DNA from: an uncultured cyanobacterium
Lineage (GTDB): Bacteria > Cyanobacteriota > Cyanobacteriia > PCC-6307 > Cyanobiaceae
DNA: 64,000 bases
Direction of reading: 5' to 3'
Assembly: GCA_963765575.1 (NCBI GenBank)
Contig: CAVXWZ010000001.1
Coordinates: forward strand, 64,001 to 128,000
Below the pieces are notes generated by a model. The model ran no database searches. It was not told the DNA's origin and saw only the letters and a program-made list of their open reading frames with translations. Below, piece after piece: positions 31,847 through 41,678 of the stretch (positions are counted from its first letter, which is position 1; each line of letters begins with the position of its first letter). A program made the position numbers and the translations under genes.

Positions 31847-32870
31847 GTGACCAGAACCGCCCCCCAGACCAGCACCGTGCCAGCCGGGGCCGAAGCCGAC
31901 CCGGCCGCCCCCCGGCCCGGGACATGGTGTGGATCCCGGGGGGCACCTTCACCATGGGCTCCGATCATCACTACCCCGAGGAGGCCCCCGCCCACCGGGT
32001 GCGGGTGGAGGGCTTCTGGATCGACCGCGCCCCGGTCACCAACGCCCAGTTCCAGAAGTTCGTGAAGGCCACCGGTCACGTGCACCCTGGCCGAGCGGCC
32101 CGCCGATCCGGCCACTATCCCGACGCCCTGCCGGAGCTGCTGGCAGCCGTCCTCGATCGTGTTCGTCCCGCCGCCGGGGCCGGTGGGCACCGGCGATCCC
32201 TACCGCTGGTGGCAGTACGTGCCGGGGGCCAACTGGCGCCATCCCGAAGGCCCGGGCAGCTCCATCAAGGGCCGCGACCATCATCCCGTGGTGCATGTGG
32301 CCTATCGAGGATGCGCTGGCCTATGCCACCTGGGCCGGCAAGACACTGCCCAGCGAAGCGGAATGGGAGCGGGCTGCCCGCGGCGGGCTGGAGGGGTGCG
32401 GAATTCGCCTGGGGGAGCGAGCTCCACCCGGGCGGCCGTGCCGATGGCCAACACCTTCCAGGGGGATTTCCCCCACCACAACAGCCGCCGCGACGGCTAC
32501 GAGCGCACCTCCCCGGTGGGGTCCTTTCCCGCCGAATGGCTACGGCCTGTTCGACATGATCGGCAACGTGTGGGAATGGACCGACGGACTGGTACGGCGA
32601 CCATGGCGCCGGTGCGATGCAGCGCCACAAGGCAGGCCGGGGGCTGCTGCACGATCGCCAATCCCCGCGGAGGCCACGCGGGAGGCCAGCATCGATCCCA
32701 GCTCCCAGCACGGCACCATCCCCCGCAAGGTGGTGAAGGGGGGCTCCTTCCTGTGCGCGCCCAGCTACTGCCGCCGCTACCGCCCGGCGGCCCGCATGGC
32801 CCAGGGGATCGACACCTCCACCTGCCACATGGGCTTCCGCTGCATCGTGCGCGTCACCCCACTCCCCTGA
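31847..32870 (+). CDS. formylglycine-generating enzyme (multiple frameshifts)
   Basis: WIPGGTFTMGS, PVTNAQF, HPVVHV, LPSEAEWE, DMIGNVWEW, KGGSFLCAPSYCRRYRPAAR, GFRC spread over three frames. Confidence 0.88.
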
Positions 32871-32875
32871 ATCCG

Positions 32876-33259
32876 ATGGACCTGCTCGAGCAACTGGAGC
32901 CCGGCCTGCAGGTCCTGGCCGGCTGGGTGCGCTTTGTGCTCGAAACCCTCTCGGTGCTCTGCGTGCTCACCGGCCTGGTGGCGGTGCTGCGTCTGGCGGC
33001 ACCGTTCTTCTTCCGCCGCCGGCGCCACCGGCCCTCCACCGGTGTGCGCCTCACCTTCGGAAGCTGGCTGTCGATGGCGCTGGAATTCCAGCTGGGGGCC
33101 GACATCGTGGCCACCACCACCGCACCCACGGGCGAGAACCTGATTCAACTGGCTGTGGTGGCTGTGATCCGAACCTTCCTCAATGTGTTCCTGGCCCGGG
33201 AGATCGAGGCGGAGCAGAAGCTGGAGGCCGAACTGCAACGCTCAGGCGCGCCCGAATGA
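32876..33259 (+). CDS. DUF1622 membrane protein
   Basis: LSMALEFQLGADIVATT..IRTFLNVFL. Confidence 0.88.
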   Translation: MDLLEQLEPGLQVLAGWVRFVLETLSVLCVLTGLVAVLRLAAPFFFRRRRHRPSTGVRLTFGSWLSMALEFQLGADIVATTTAPTGENLIQLAVVAVIRTFLNVFLAREIEAEQKLEAELQRSGAPE

Positions 33260-33271
33260 CCCTCCTCACCC

Positions 33272-33654
33272 ATGAACCTCAACAACGAACTGGCCAAGGA
33301 GCGCAACCGGGCCGCCGCCGAGCGCACGATGATGGCCTGGATCCGCACCTGCCTGTCGCTGATCAGTTTCGGCTTCGGTCTCGACAAGATCATCGGGGCG
33401 ATCAACCGCAGCCGCTTCGAGGGCAGTGGCCATGCCGGCCTGAGCGTGCGCTGGTGGCGATCGGTTTCGTGCTGATCGGAATTCTGGCGATGGCGGCGGC
33501 CACCCGCCAGCACCTGCGCACGCTGCAGTTGATCCGCCGCGACGACTTTGTCTATGTCGATCAGCGCTCGATCACCGTCTTCACGGCCATTGCCCTCACG
33601 ATCATCGGCATTGCGGCCTTTGCCCTGCTGGTCACCGGTAACTCACCCGGATGA
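33272..33654 (+). CDS. DUF202 / YidH family membrane protein (frameshift ~33455)
   Basis: ELAKERNRAAAERTMMAWIRT..SLISFGF. Confidence 0.85.
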
Positions 33655-34537
33655 CCACCATGAACGTCCGTCATCACCCTGCTGGTCCGCGGCACCCTGT
33701 TCGCGATCATGTTCGCCCTGGGTCTGGGTCTTCCCGGCACCCAGTTCGATCTGCTGCTGCGCCGCCGCAGGCCTGCTGCTGCGGGTGCTGCTGGGCACCT
33801 GTCGTGCTGGTGCCGCTTGCTGGCGATGGTCGCTGCTGCGCTTGCCCCTCAGCGAGGGGCTCTCCCAACCGGCGCGCTTCGGCATTGCCCTGATGGCGGT
33901 CTGCCCCAGTGCTCCCCTCACCCTGCGCAAGGCGGGCAAAATCAGGCGGCAGCTGCCCAGCTGGCGGCCCATCTGCAGGTGGCGGCTGCCCTGGCGGCCA
34001 TCGTTTCGATTCCCCTGATGGCGGAGCTGTTCACCGGGGTCTACAGGGTGCAGGGGTGGGAGATTCGACCCGGCAGGTGGCGATGCAGGTGGGCAAGGTC
34101 CAGATCCTCCCCCTGGCCTGTGGTCTGTTGCTGCGCCGCTGGCGGCCGGCACTGGGCGAACCGCTGGGTGGGGCTGTTCGACAAGCTGGCCAATCTGCTG
34201 CTGCTGCTGCTGATTATGGTGGTGCTGGCGAAGGCCGCTCCCTACCTGTTCCCGTTCATGGGCCGCAATCTGCTGGCCATGGGCTTCATGGGCGTGATGG
34301 TTCTGGTCTCCCTCCTGATCGGTTATCCTGCTGGCGGGGCCCGATCCGGAGGAGCGCACCACGGTGTCGCTGGTGACCTCGATGCGCAATCCCGGTCTGG
34401 CCCTGCTGTTCGCCCAGATCCACGCCCCCACCATGGTGGGGCTGAAGCTGTCGATCCTGGCCTATCTGCTGCTCACCGTGGTGCTTTCGGTGCCGTTCCT
34501 GGCCTGGCGCAAAAGGGCGGCCGCGGTGGCGGCCTGA
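33651..34537 (+). CDS. bile acid:sodium symporter family protein (multiple frameshifts)
   Basis: LMAVCPSAPL, QILPL, TSMRNPGLAL; full length but split over frames. Confidence 0.8.
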
Positions 34538-34543
34538 GGGTCC

Positions 34544-36262
34544 TCAGGGGACAGGTGGCTTCCTGTCAGGATTCCGGGGTCGCCCTGGCGGCTTGGGCAC
34601 AGTGCTGGCGTCGCCGTTGCGGATGGCGTGGTAGCCGGGGGAGAGAATCTCCACATCGGCCTTGGCGAAGTGATCCTGGAGAGCCGCGAAGACGTCGGAG
34701 AGGGTCTGGCGGTAGGTGCCTGGATCGCGTACGTAGGCGGTGAGTTCGTAGCTGATGTGGAAGTCGTTGAGAGAGGTCTGCAGCACGAAGGGCTGGATCT
34801 CATCGGTGATTCCCTCCACGCTTCGGGCTGCGGCGAGCATCAGCTCATGCACCTGTCTCCAGGGCACGTCGTAGCCGATGGTGATGGTGGTGGCCAGGGC
34901 CACCGGTTCGCGGATCTCGCGGCGGGAGAAGCTGAAGTTGGTGACCGAGGCGCTGATCACGGTGGCATTGGGGATGCTCACCAGTTCGTTCCTGGGAGTC
35001 TTCACCCGTGTGACCAGCAGGGTGCGATCCTGCACAACGCCCACCACCCCGTTGATCTCAATGCGGTCGCCCTCGCGGAAGGCACGGGTATAGATCAGCA
35101 TCAGCCCGCTGATGATGTTCGTGGCCACGGAACTGGAGCCGAGAGCCGCCAGCACACCCACGAACAGTCCTGCTCCCTGGAACACCTCGCTGTCGGAGCC
35201 TGGAATGAAAGGAAAAGCACCCACAAGTGCAATCAACATCGCCAGGGTCGCCACCAGCCGGGAGGTGGGCTTGGCCCATTCCCTGTAGAAACCTGGAATG
35301 CGCATGCGTCCAAGACGGATCGCATTGAAAAACGCATTGCTGATCCTGATGATCACGATGGTGATCCCGATGATCACCGCGATGGACAGCAGGTTGGGGA
35401 TCGCGGCCACCATCCCCTGCAGGAATGCAACGACCAGGTCGAGGATCTGTGCGCGCAGACCCTGTGCGATTCCCTGGGTGGGAGGAAAGAAGCCAAGCAG
35501 CAGGGGGATCAGCAGGTAGCTGATCAACAGCAGGATGCCCCAATGGATCACCACGCGAGTCAGCTGCATCACCTGACGCACCTGGTCGGCATCCACCAAC
35601 GCCGTGATCCCCACTCGGCTCAGCCGCTGCAGCACAAACCGTTCCCGGCTCGCCAGCCAGTCGCGGATCCGGCTGTTGAGTCGGAACTGAACCCGAAGCC
35701 ACACCACATAGGCAGCTAAAACCAGTGCGGCCAGGGCGCTGCCCCGCAGCCAGAATTGAGCAGAGTTCTCCTTGCGGTAGCGGCTGATGGCCGCCTTCAC
35801 GGAATCCCTGTAGGTCTCCGCAAGCTGCTGCCGAGTGGTGGCGAAGCATGCCGCCATGCGATCATCCACCGCTCCGATCTGCAGGAAGTTCCCTGTACTC
35901 TTCTCGACTCCGAGCAGGGTATAGGAATTGGATTCGCGCGCAACGATCTGATCGACGTCAACGGTTCTGTCCCTCGCCAGTGCCAGGAGTTCCCTGGATT
36001 CCCGACGGGCGACCTTCTCAAGGTCCTGCGCCCCGGGGATCGCACGCATCTCCACCACCTTTCGCCCGTCAAGTGTCACGAAGACGGGCTTCTCCGCGCA
36101 GCCGGGCGGCGTTGCAGATCCTGAGGGGCTCTCGGTGGCAGCAGTGGCGGGGATCTGGAGCGCTGGTGCGAGCAGCAGGAGTGCCATCAGGACGAGGGCC
36201 AGGGCAGAACCGATCGTTGGATGGGGACGGAAATGTCTGCGGATGTGTGCAGGGAGGTTCAC
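34544..36262 (-). CDS. MscS mechanosensitive channel with N-terminal periplasmic domain
   Basis: NIISGLMLIYTRAFREGDRIEING, VSIPNA, IGYDVPW. Confidence 0.92.
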   Translation of the reverse strand: MNLPAHIRRHFRPHPTIGSALALVLMALLLLAPALQIPATAATESPSGSATPPGCAEKPVFVTLDGRKVVEMRAIPGAQDLEKVARRESRELLALARDRTVDVDQIVARESNSYTLLGVEKSTGNFLQIGAVDDRMAACFATTRQQLAETYRDSVKAAISRYRKENSAQFWLRGSALAALVLAAYVVWLRVQFRLNSRIRDWLASRERFVLQRLSRVGITALVDADQVRQVMQLTRVVIHWGILLLISYLLIPLLLGFFPPTQGIAQGLRAQILDLVVAFLQGMVAAIPNLLSIAVIIGITIVIIRISNAFFNAIRLGRMRIPGFYREWAKPTSRLVATLAMLIALVGAFPFIPGSDSEVFQGAGLFVGVLAALGSSSVATNIISGLMLIYTRAFREGDRIEINGVVGVVQDRTLLVTRVKTPRNELVSIPNATVISASVTNFSFSRREIREPVALATTITIGYDVPWRQVHELMLAAARSVEGITDEIQPFVLQTSLNDFHISYELTAYVRDPGTYRQTLSDVFAALQDHFAKADVEILSPGYHAIRNGDASTVPKPPGRPRNPDRKPPVP

Positions 36263-36465
36263 GAAATCCTGGCCACGACTGAATGACTCCTCTGGCGATC
36301 ATCGCACCAGGGTCTTGCTGGCAAAGAAAGAGGGTGAGGATTCTTTTGCAGATCCGGCCGGCAGCTGCGGATCGGCAGCATGTCCACGCTCCGTTCCGCA
36401 TAGTCAACCCATCCCCGATGAATCGGCACCCGGGCCAATCCTCTGTGGGGATCACAGCGATCCAG

Positions 36466-37593
36466 CTATCCGTTCGCAGCCAGCACTCCCGCCACCAGCA
36501 GTCCCAGGTAGGTGCCGGCGAGATAGCCCATCAGGCCGATGGCCACGCCAGGCAAGCCCAGATCGGGCCTGCGCAGGGCACCGGCCAGGGCAAGAGCGGT
36601 GCTCGGCCCACCCACTGCCGCCTGACAGCCCACCAGGCTCTCGGCCCGGCCCCAGCGCAGCCCCCGGCCGATCAGCAGCACCAGACTGGCCTGCACCGTC
36701 ACGATCAGCCCGGCCTGGGCCAGCACCCAGCGCCCTTCTCCCAGCAGGCCCTGCACCGGGGAACTGAGGCCGATCACTGTGAAGAACGGCTGGATCAGCA
36801 TCAGGCCGAGGGGATAGGCCAGGCGGGCCCGTGCCACCGCCGGCACCTGGGCGGCGATCAGGGCGAGGGTGGTGAGAACGAGGATGCCGGGAACACCGGC
36901 CCACCAGCCCTGCAGGATCCCCGTTGCAGCCCGGCTGGCCGCCACGATCAGCAACCCCCAGAGCAGGGCGATCCCGCCGGCCCGGCTGAGCAGCCTTCGT
37001 GGGCTGTCGCTGCCGGGATTCCAGCCGGTGGTGCCGGCTGCATCTTCAGCAGGGGCTGCCGGTGCGTCCCCGGCCCCCTGCCTGCGGCCGAGGGCCAGGC
37101 TGATCAGAAACCAGAGGCTGAACACCACGTGGTCGGCGGCGGTGGCGATCAGCACAAGTGACTGCTCGGGCTGCAGTGTGCGCGCCACGGACACGAAATT
37201 GAGGCTGCCGCCGCTGAAGGTGGCTGTGAACAGGCCGCTGAGGGTGGGCAGGTCCGCCCCCAGCTGGCCCCGGAAGACCACCACGGCCAACCCCATGCCG
37301 GCCACGGCTCCCACCACCGCAACGGCGAAGGGCTGCAGCAGGCGCTGGGCACCGGGCCAGACGCGCCGCAGATCCACCGCCAGCAGCAGCAGCGCGATCG
37401 CCAGGGAGGTGAGTGGGCCGTTCACCAGCGCCTCGGCGGCGGGATCGGGACGCCAGCCCAGAAGGTTGGTGGTGAGCAGCCCCAGGAACAGCACCAGCAG
37501 GGTGACGCCCAGTCGGCGTCCCACCACGGTGGCCTGCGCCAGCCACCAGCCGAGCGCCGTCAGCAGGCCGATCGCCAGCAGCGACAGCAGCAT
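36466..37593 (-). CDS. DUF819 family membrane protein
   Basis: TFSGGSLNF, QAAVGGPSTA, GYLAGTYLG. Confidence 0.85.
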   Translation of the reverse strand: MLLSLLAIGLLTALGWWLAQATVVGRRLGVTLLVLFLGLLTTNLLGWRPDPAAEALVNGPLTSLAIALLLLAVDLRRVWPGAQRLLQPFAVAVVGAVAGMGLAVVVFRGQLGADLPTLSGLFTATFSGGSLNFVSVARTLQPEQSLVLIATAADHVVFSLWFLISLALGRRQGAGDAPAAPAEDAAGTTGWNPGSDSPRRLLSRAGGIALLWGLLIVAASRAATGILQGWWAGVPGILVLTTLALIAAQVPAVARARLAYPLGLMLIQPFFTVIGLSSPVQGLLGEGRWVLAQAGLIVTVQASLVLLIGRGLRWGRAESLVGCQAAVGGPSTALALAGALRRPDLGLPGVAIGLMGYLAGTYLGLLVAGVLAANG

Positions 37594-38016
37594 GGGGATT
37601 CCGTTGACCGCGGCAGCCCCAGGATGGACCAGCGGATGCGGAGGGCACAGGCCAGCCTGTGAACTGCCACCTTGCCTGCGGCGTCAGCGGCGCGAGCATG
37701 CCGTCACTCGAGGCCACGTCATGAAGACATCCAGAGACATCGCCGCCAGCAGTCCCAGGCTGGTGGCTGCAGCCAACGTCCATGTGCAGGCCGGTGACGG
37801 CCGGCGATCGGGCGCCCACATCGCCTGCATGCTGCTGGGGCAGATGGCCATGGCCGCGCTGCTGAAATCCGCGCCCACAGCGGTTCTCCATCGGGCAATG
37901 GTCCATGTCCCTGAGGGTCACTGAGGACCGCGCCGATGCTGTTCGACTGACGCCGCTGTGCAGGCTCTGCGGTGCATAGGATTCAGGCGAATCACAGCCT
38001 TGCCTGAGGGGCCGTC

Positions 38017-38646
38017 ATGCAGTTGCGTCATGTCATCAATCTGCACAAAGGCGTCACGCCTCTCGTGGTGGGAGCCCTGATGTGGATGTATGGCAATGGC
38101 TCGGTGGCGGCGTGGGTCTACCTGGCCCTTCACGGCACCTATGGCCTGCTCTGGCTGCTCAAGGATTGGATCTACCCAGACCGGCAATGGCAGCAACCCA
38201 TTGGCTGGGGGATGGCCATTGCCGGATGGGTGGTGCTTGGTCTGTATTGGCTGGCGCCATTCCTGTTGATCGCGTCGGGAGTGGACGTTCCGGCGCCGAT
38301 TGTTGCCGCTGCCGTCGCAGTGAACATCCTCGGGATATTTCTGCATTACGTCAGCGACGCCCAGAAGTATTTCACCCTGCGCTATCACAAGGGTTTGATT
38401 GATGATGGGCTTTTCGCGCGCTCTCGTAATACCAATTACCTTGGCGAGCTGCTGATCTATGGATCCTTCGCTCTGCTTTCCATGCACTGGCAGCCCTTCG
38501 TCGTGTTGGCAGGCTTCTTCCTGGTGGTTTTCCTCCCCAACATGCGCCGCAAGGATGAGTCGCTGTCTCGCTATGACAATTTTCAAGCCTATCGAGAGCG
38601 CTCAGGATTTTTGTTGCCGAAGCTCGGGAGTCTTGGGCAGCTCTGA
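38017..38646 (+). CDS. steroid 5-alpha-reductase-like / DUF1295 membrane protein
   Basis: SDAQKY, GLFARSRNTNYLGE, Y.AYRERS. Confidence 0.8.
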   Translation: MQLRHVINLHKGVTPLVVGALMWMYGNGSVAAWVYLALHGTYGLLWLLKDWIYPDRQWQQPIGWGMAIAGWVVLGLYWLAPFLLIASGVDVPAPIVAAAVAVNILGIFLHYVSDAQKYFTLRYHKGLIDDGLFARSRNTNYLGELLIYGSFALLSMHWQPFVVLAGFFLVVFLPNMRRKDESLSRYDNFQAYRERSGFLLPKLGSLGQL

Positions 38647-38663
38647 GGTCCCTGGAGCCCAGG

Positions 38664-40430
38664 TCAGGACCGTCTGAACACCTGCTGCGGCATCCCCGGC
38701 TCGATGCCCGCAGCGTCAAAGGCCGGTTTCAGGCGCCTTCGAAACTCTCGCGCCACACCCCACTGCTTCAGGGGCTGGGTCTTGATCCACAGCTTGAGCC
38801 GCAGGCCGCTCTGATCCAGACGATCGACCCCCAGCAGCAGCGGTGGCTCGAGGATCTGATCCTTCCAATCCGGATCCGCCGCCAGCTCGCCAGCCACCAT
38901 TTCGAGCACTGCGCAGGCCTTCTTGAGATCGCTGCCCCAGGCGACATCGATCTCGAAATTCACCCGCGACCAGTCCTTGCTGCGGTTGATGCTGTCGCGG
39001 ATCATGCCGTTCGGAATGGTCACCACCTCTCCCTCTCCGCCGCGCAGCTGGGTCTGCACCAGATTCATGGCCTCCACCAGACCGGCATGGCCATTCACCG
39101 CGATCGAATCGCCGATCGCAAATCGATCCGCAGCCAGAATTCTGATGCCGCCGATCAGGTCTTCCACCAGACCTCGCGCGAGAAAGCCCAGTGCCACAGC
39201 CACGATGCCTGCTCCGGCAAGAATCTGGGGGTTGATCCCGAAGAGGAGCACCGTGAGATAGATCCCCAGCACGGTGGTGCCGGTGGTGATGCTTCCTTTC
39301 AGCACCCTGGCATTGGTCTCCAGGCGCATCCCTGGTCGCAGGGATCCGGGAGCGGCCGCCTGGGCGTCGTTGGCCCAGCGGTTCAGCCGCCGCATCAGCG
39401 CCCAGATCAGCAGGATCTCCAGAAGCACCACCGCGATCCAGATCCCCGGCAGACCCACGGAGAGCTGCAGCAGCAGAGCGGCAAAGAGCCGCGTAGGCGG
39501 GAACAGATAGAGGGTGATGGTGATCACCATCACCGCAACGCCCATGCGCAGCACCTGAAGGACCTTCACCAGGAGGTTCGTCTGCCTCACCTGCCGTTCA
39601 AGCCGCTGCTGCTTCTGCAGCGCCAGGCTCCCGTTCTGGAGGTCCGCCTCGACAGGCTGACGAAGAGTGCGCAGGTTCAAACCCCTCTGCCTTCGCTGCT
39701 GGTAGAGGCCCTGCAGACCTGCGCTGAGGGCCCCCACGGCCATGGCTCCCACGCCGAGCAGGACCAGAGCCACGGCACCACGGACCCAGGGATAGGCCCG
39801 GTTGAAGGTGGCCCCCCAGAGCGATTGACTCAGGGTCTCCTCGAAGAGGGCATCCCATTCCTCCGCCAGGGTTTCGAGATCAACGCCATTGGCCAGGCTG
39901 TCCGGCTCGGTGAGGGTGACCAGCGTCACCTGGGGCCCCTTGGAGACGGCATCGGCCGGGAGGTAGATCACGGGCGTGCGGTTCTTCACGCCCACCTCCA
40001 GGGTGGGGGAGAGGGGATGGCGGGGCTTGCCGCGCCGGTCCAGCCAGAACCCTGGGGAACGCCACCGCCGGGGGATGGGCTGGTCCTCCAGGCGCTCGGC
40101 AAGCCCCCTGGAGAGCCGCTGCAGGGAGTTGGCCACGGCGGTGGAGCGGGCCTCCACCCGGGCCGCCGCGTCCTGGGAGCCTTCGTCCACCGTGGGCATC
40201 ACGGCCAGGTTGATCCTGGGCCTGCCCGGAGCCAGGGGGATGTGGGGCGTCACCACCCGGCTGCACCACAGCCGTCCGCAGCGCTGGGCACGGTCCAGAT
40301 CCCACCAGTGTTTGCGAGCCACAGTGGGGGCTGACTGGTCCTCCTGGGCAGACCCGCCTGCGGGCAGCACCAGGACCATCACCAGCAACAGGGTGAGGGC
40401 CAGGCGGTTCAGCCGAGGCAGGGGGACCAT
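38664..40430 (-). CDS. second MscS family channel
   Basis: LGFLARGLVEDLIGG, DRFAIGD, TIPNG, NRSKDWSR. Confidence 0.9.
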   Translation of the reverse strand: MVPLPRLNRLALTLLLVMVLVLPAGGSAQEDQSAPTVARKHWWDLDRAQRCGRLWCSRVVTPHIPLAPGRPRINLAVMPTVDEGSQDAAARVEARSTAVANSLQRLSRGLAERLEDQPIPRRWRSPGFWLDRRGKPRHPLSPTLEVGVKNRTPVIYLPADAVSKGPQVTLVTLTEPDSLANGVDLETLAEEWDALFEETLSQSLWGATFNRAYPWVRGAVALVLLGVGAMAVGALSAGLQGLYQQRRQRGLNLRTLRQPVEADLQNGSLALQKQQRLERQVRQTNLLVKVLQVLRMGVAVMVITITLYLFPPTRLFAALLLQLSVGLPGIWIAVVLLEILLIWALMRRLNRWANDAQAAAPGSLRPGMRLETNARVLKGSITTGTTVLGIYLTVLLFGINPQILAGAGIVAVALGFLARGLVEDLIGGIRILAADRFAIGDSIAVNGHAGLVEAMNLVQTQLRGGEGEVVTIPNGMIRDSINRSKDWSRVNFEIDVAWGSDLKKACAVLEMVAGELAADPDWKDQILEPPLLLGVDRLDQSGLRLKLWIKTQPLKQWGVAREFRRRLKPAFDAAGIEPGMPQQVFRRS

Positions 40431-40494
40431 GGATGCCGTGGCCCCGCACAGGACTGGAACAGGTCGAGATCGTCGGCCACAAGATCGTCTGGCA

Positions 40495-41499
40495 TCAGAA
40501 GAAGAACTTGACGCCCACTTCGATGCCGTTGTTGTCCACGCTGATTCCGCTATTGGGATTCTTCCCATTGTCATAGCGGATTCCTTGATATCGCCAGGAA
40601 AGATTCAGGTCGGTATTGTTGCCAATGGCATAGCCAAGGCCCAGCTGGGCATTTCCAGAAAGATCTTCGTCGCCGCTGATGCCAAATCCGCCGATGTCGA
40701 AGCGGGCGAATCCTCGCAGGCGAGGAGAAAAGAAGTAGCTACCCTGGATGCCCACCAGCGGCTGTACCCATGTTCTGCCGAACGAACCGCTGCGCTCAAA
40801 GTTCAATTGACGGGCTCCGATCCCCTGGATCTCCAGATCCACTGGCGATTCCAGGTCGAGCACCCGAATTCCCGCATAGGGAATCAGGCTGTAGGAGCCA
40901 GGCTCCGCGATTGCGCTTTCGCGATCACCGATGCGATAGCGGAACGCAAAATCATAAATCCCTTGTTCATAGGCTATCTTGGCTTTTCCACTGACACGTC
41001 CACGTGGACCAGTCTTCCCGCTAATACCCCCTAGCTCGATATAGCTCAGGTCTGTGAGAAAACCCCATCGATCCCGTTCCACGCTGCCGCGTAAGTAGAA
41101 CAGGCTATCAAGAGCATCAAGAATATCTCCGAGGTCCAGGTCGAAATCAACATCGCGGTCGTTGACCGTTGTCGTTCCGCTTGAGCGCAATGGGGTGAAT
41201 CCGTAAATTTCAATAGTTCCAGCCCACGTTGGTGCTGCAGCCTCGACTTGTTCCCCAACCACGTCTTCTGTCTGTTGCTCAACCTCAAGTTCGACGGCCT
41301 GGGCTGTGCTCGGCATGCCCGTTGGCAATCCCTCGACTGCCAATGGTTCTGAGATCCCTGCCGCCTGGTGCGGGGCGTCGTCACTTCCTTTGAAAGCTGG
41401 TTGATCACGCGCCGATGACGATCCAGGTGCTGACAGTGCGACAAGACATGCCAGCCCTGCCATCCCGCAGGCGGTTGCGGGTCTGGCTGAACCAATCAT
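40495..41499 (-). CDS. probable outer-membrane beta-barrel protein
   Basis: Signal peptide, amphipathic beta strands, C-terminal GVKFFF. Confidence 0.7.
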   Translation of the reverse strand: MIGSARPATACGMAGLACLVALSAPGSSSARDQPAFKGSDDAPHQAAGISEPLAVEGLPTGMPSTAQAVELEVEQQTEDVVGEQVEAAAPTWAGTIEIYGFTPLRSSGTTTVNDRDVDFDLDLGDILDALDSLFYLRGSVERDRWGFLTDLSYIELGGISGKTGPRGRVSGKAKIAYEQGIYDFAFRYRIGDRESAIAEPGSYSLIPYAGIRVLDLESPVDLEIQGIGARQLNFERSGSFGRTWVQPLVGIQGSYFFSPRLRGFARFDIGGFGISGDEDLSGNAQLGLGYAIGNNTDLNLSWRYQGIRYDNGKNPNSGISVDNNGIEVGVKFFF

Positions 41500-41678
41500 T
41501 CGCAGCAAGGGTGATCACACAAGTTTCGCCACATTAGTGACGTTGGTCCCACGATCTCTGGCCCGTGTAGCGGTACCGCAGCCGTCCATGGCAGCTCCTC
41601 ATCCGTGTGGCCCCTGGCGAAGGCTGCCAGCGGATCTTGCGGCGAGGAGGATATCCTGCCGCAAGATCTGGCCCGTCC

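Noticed and set aside
37600..37925. Short ORFs between DUF819 and the reductase-like gene
   Set aside because: No frame with convincing motifs or start signals.
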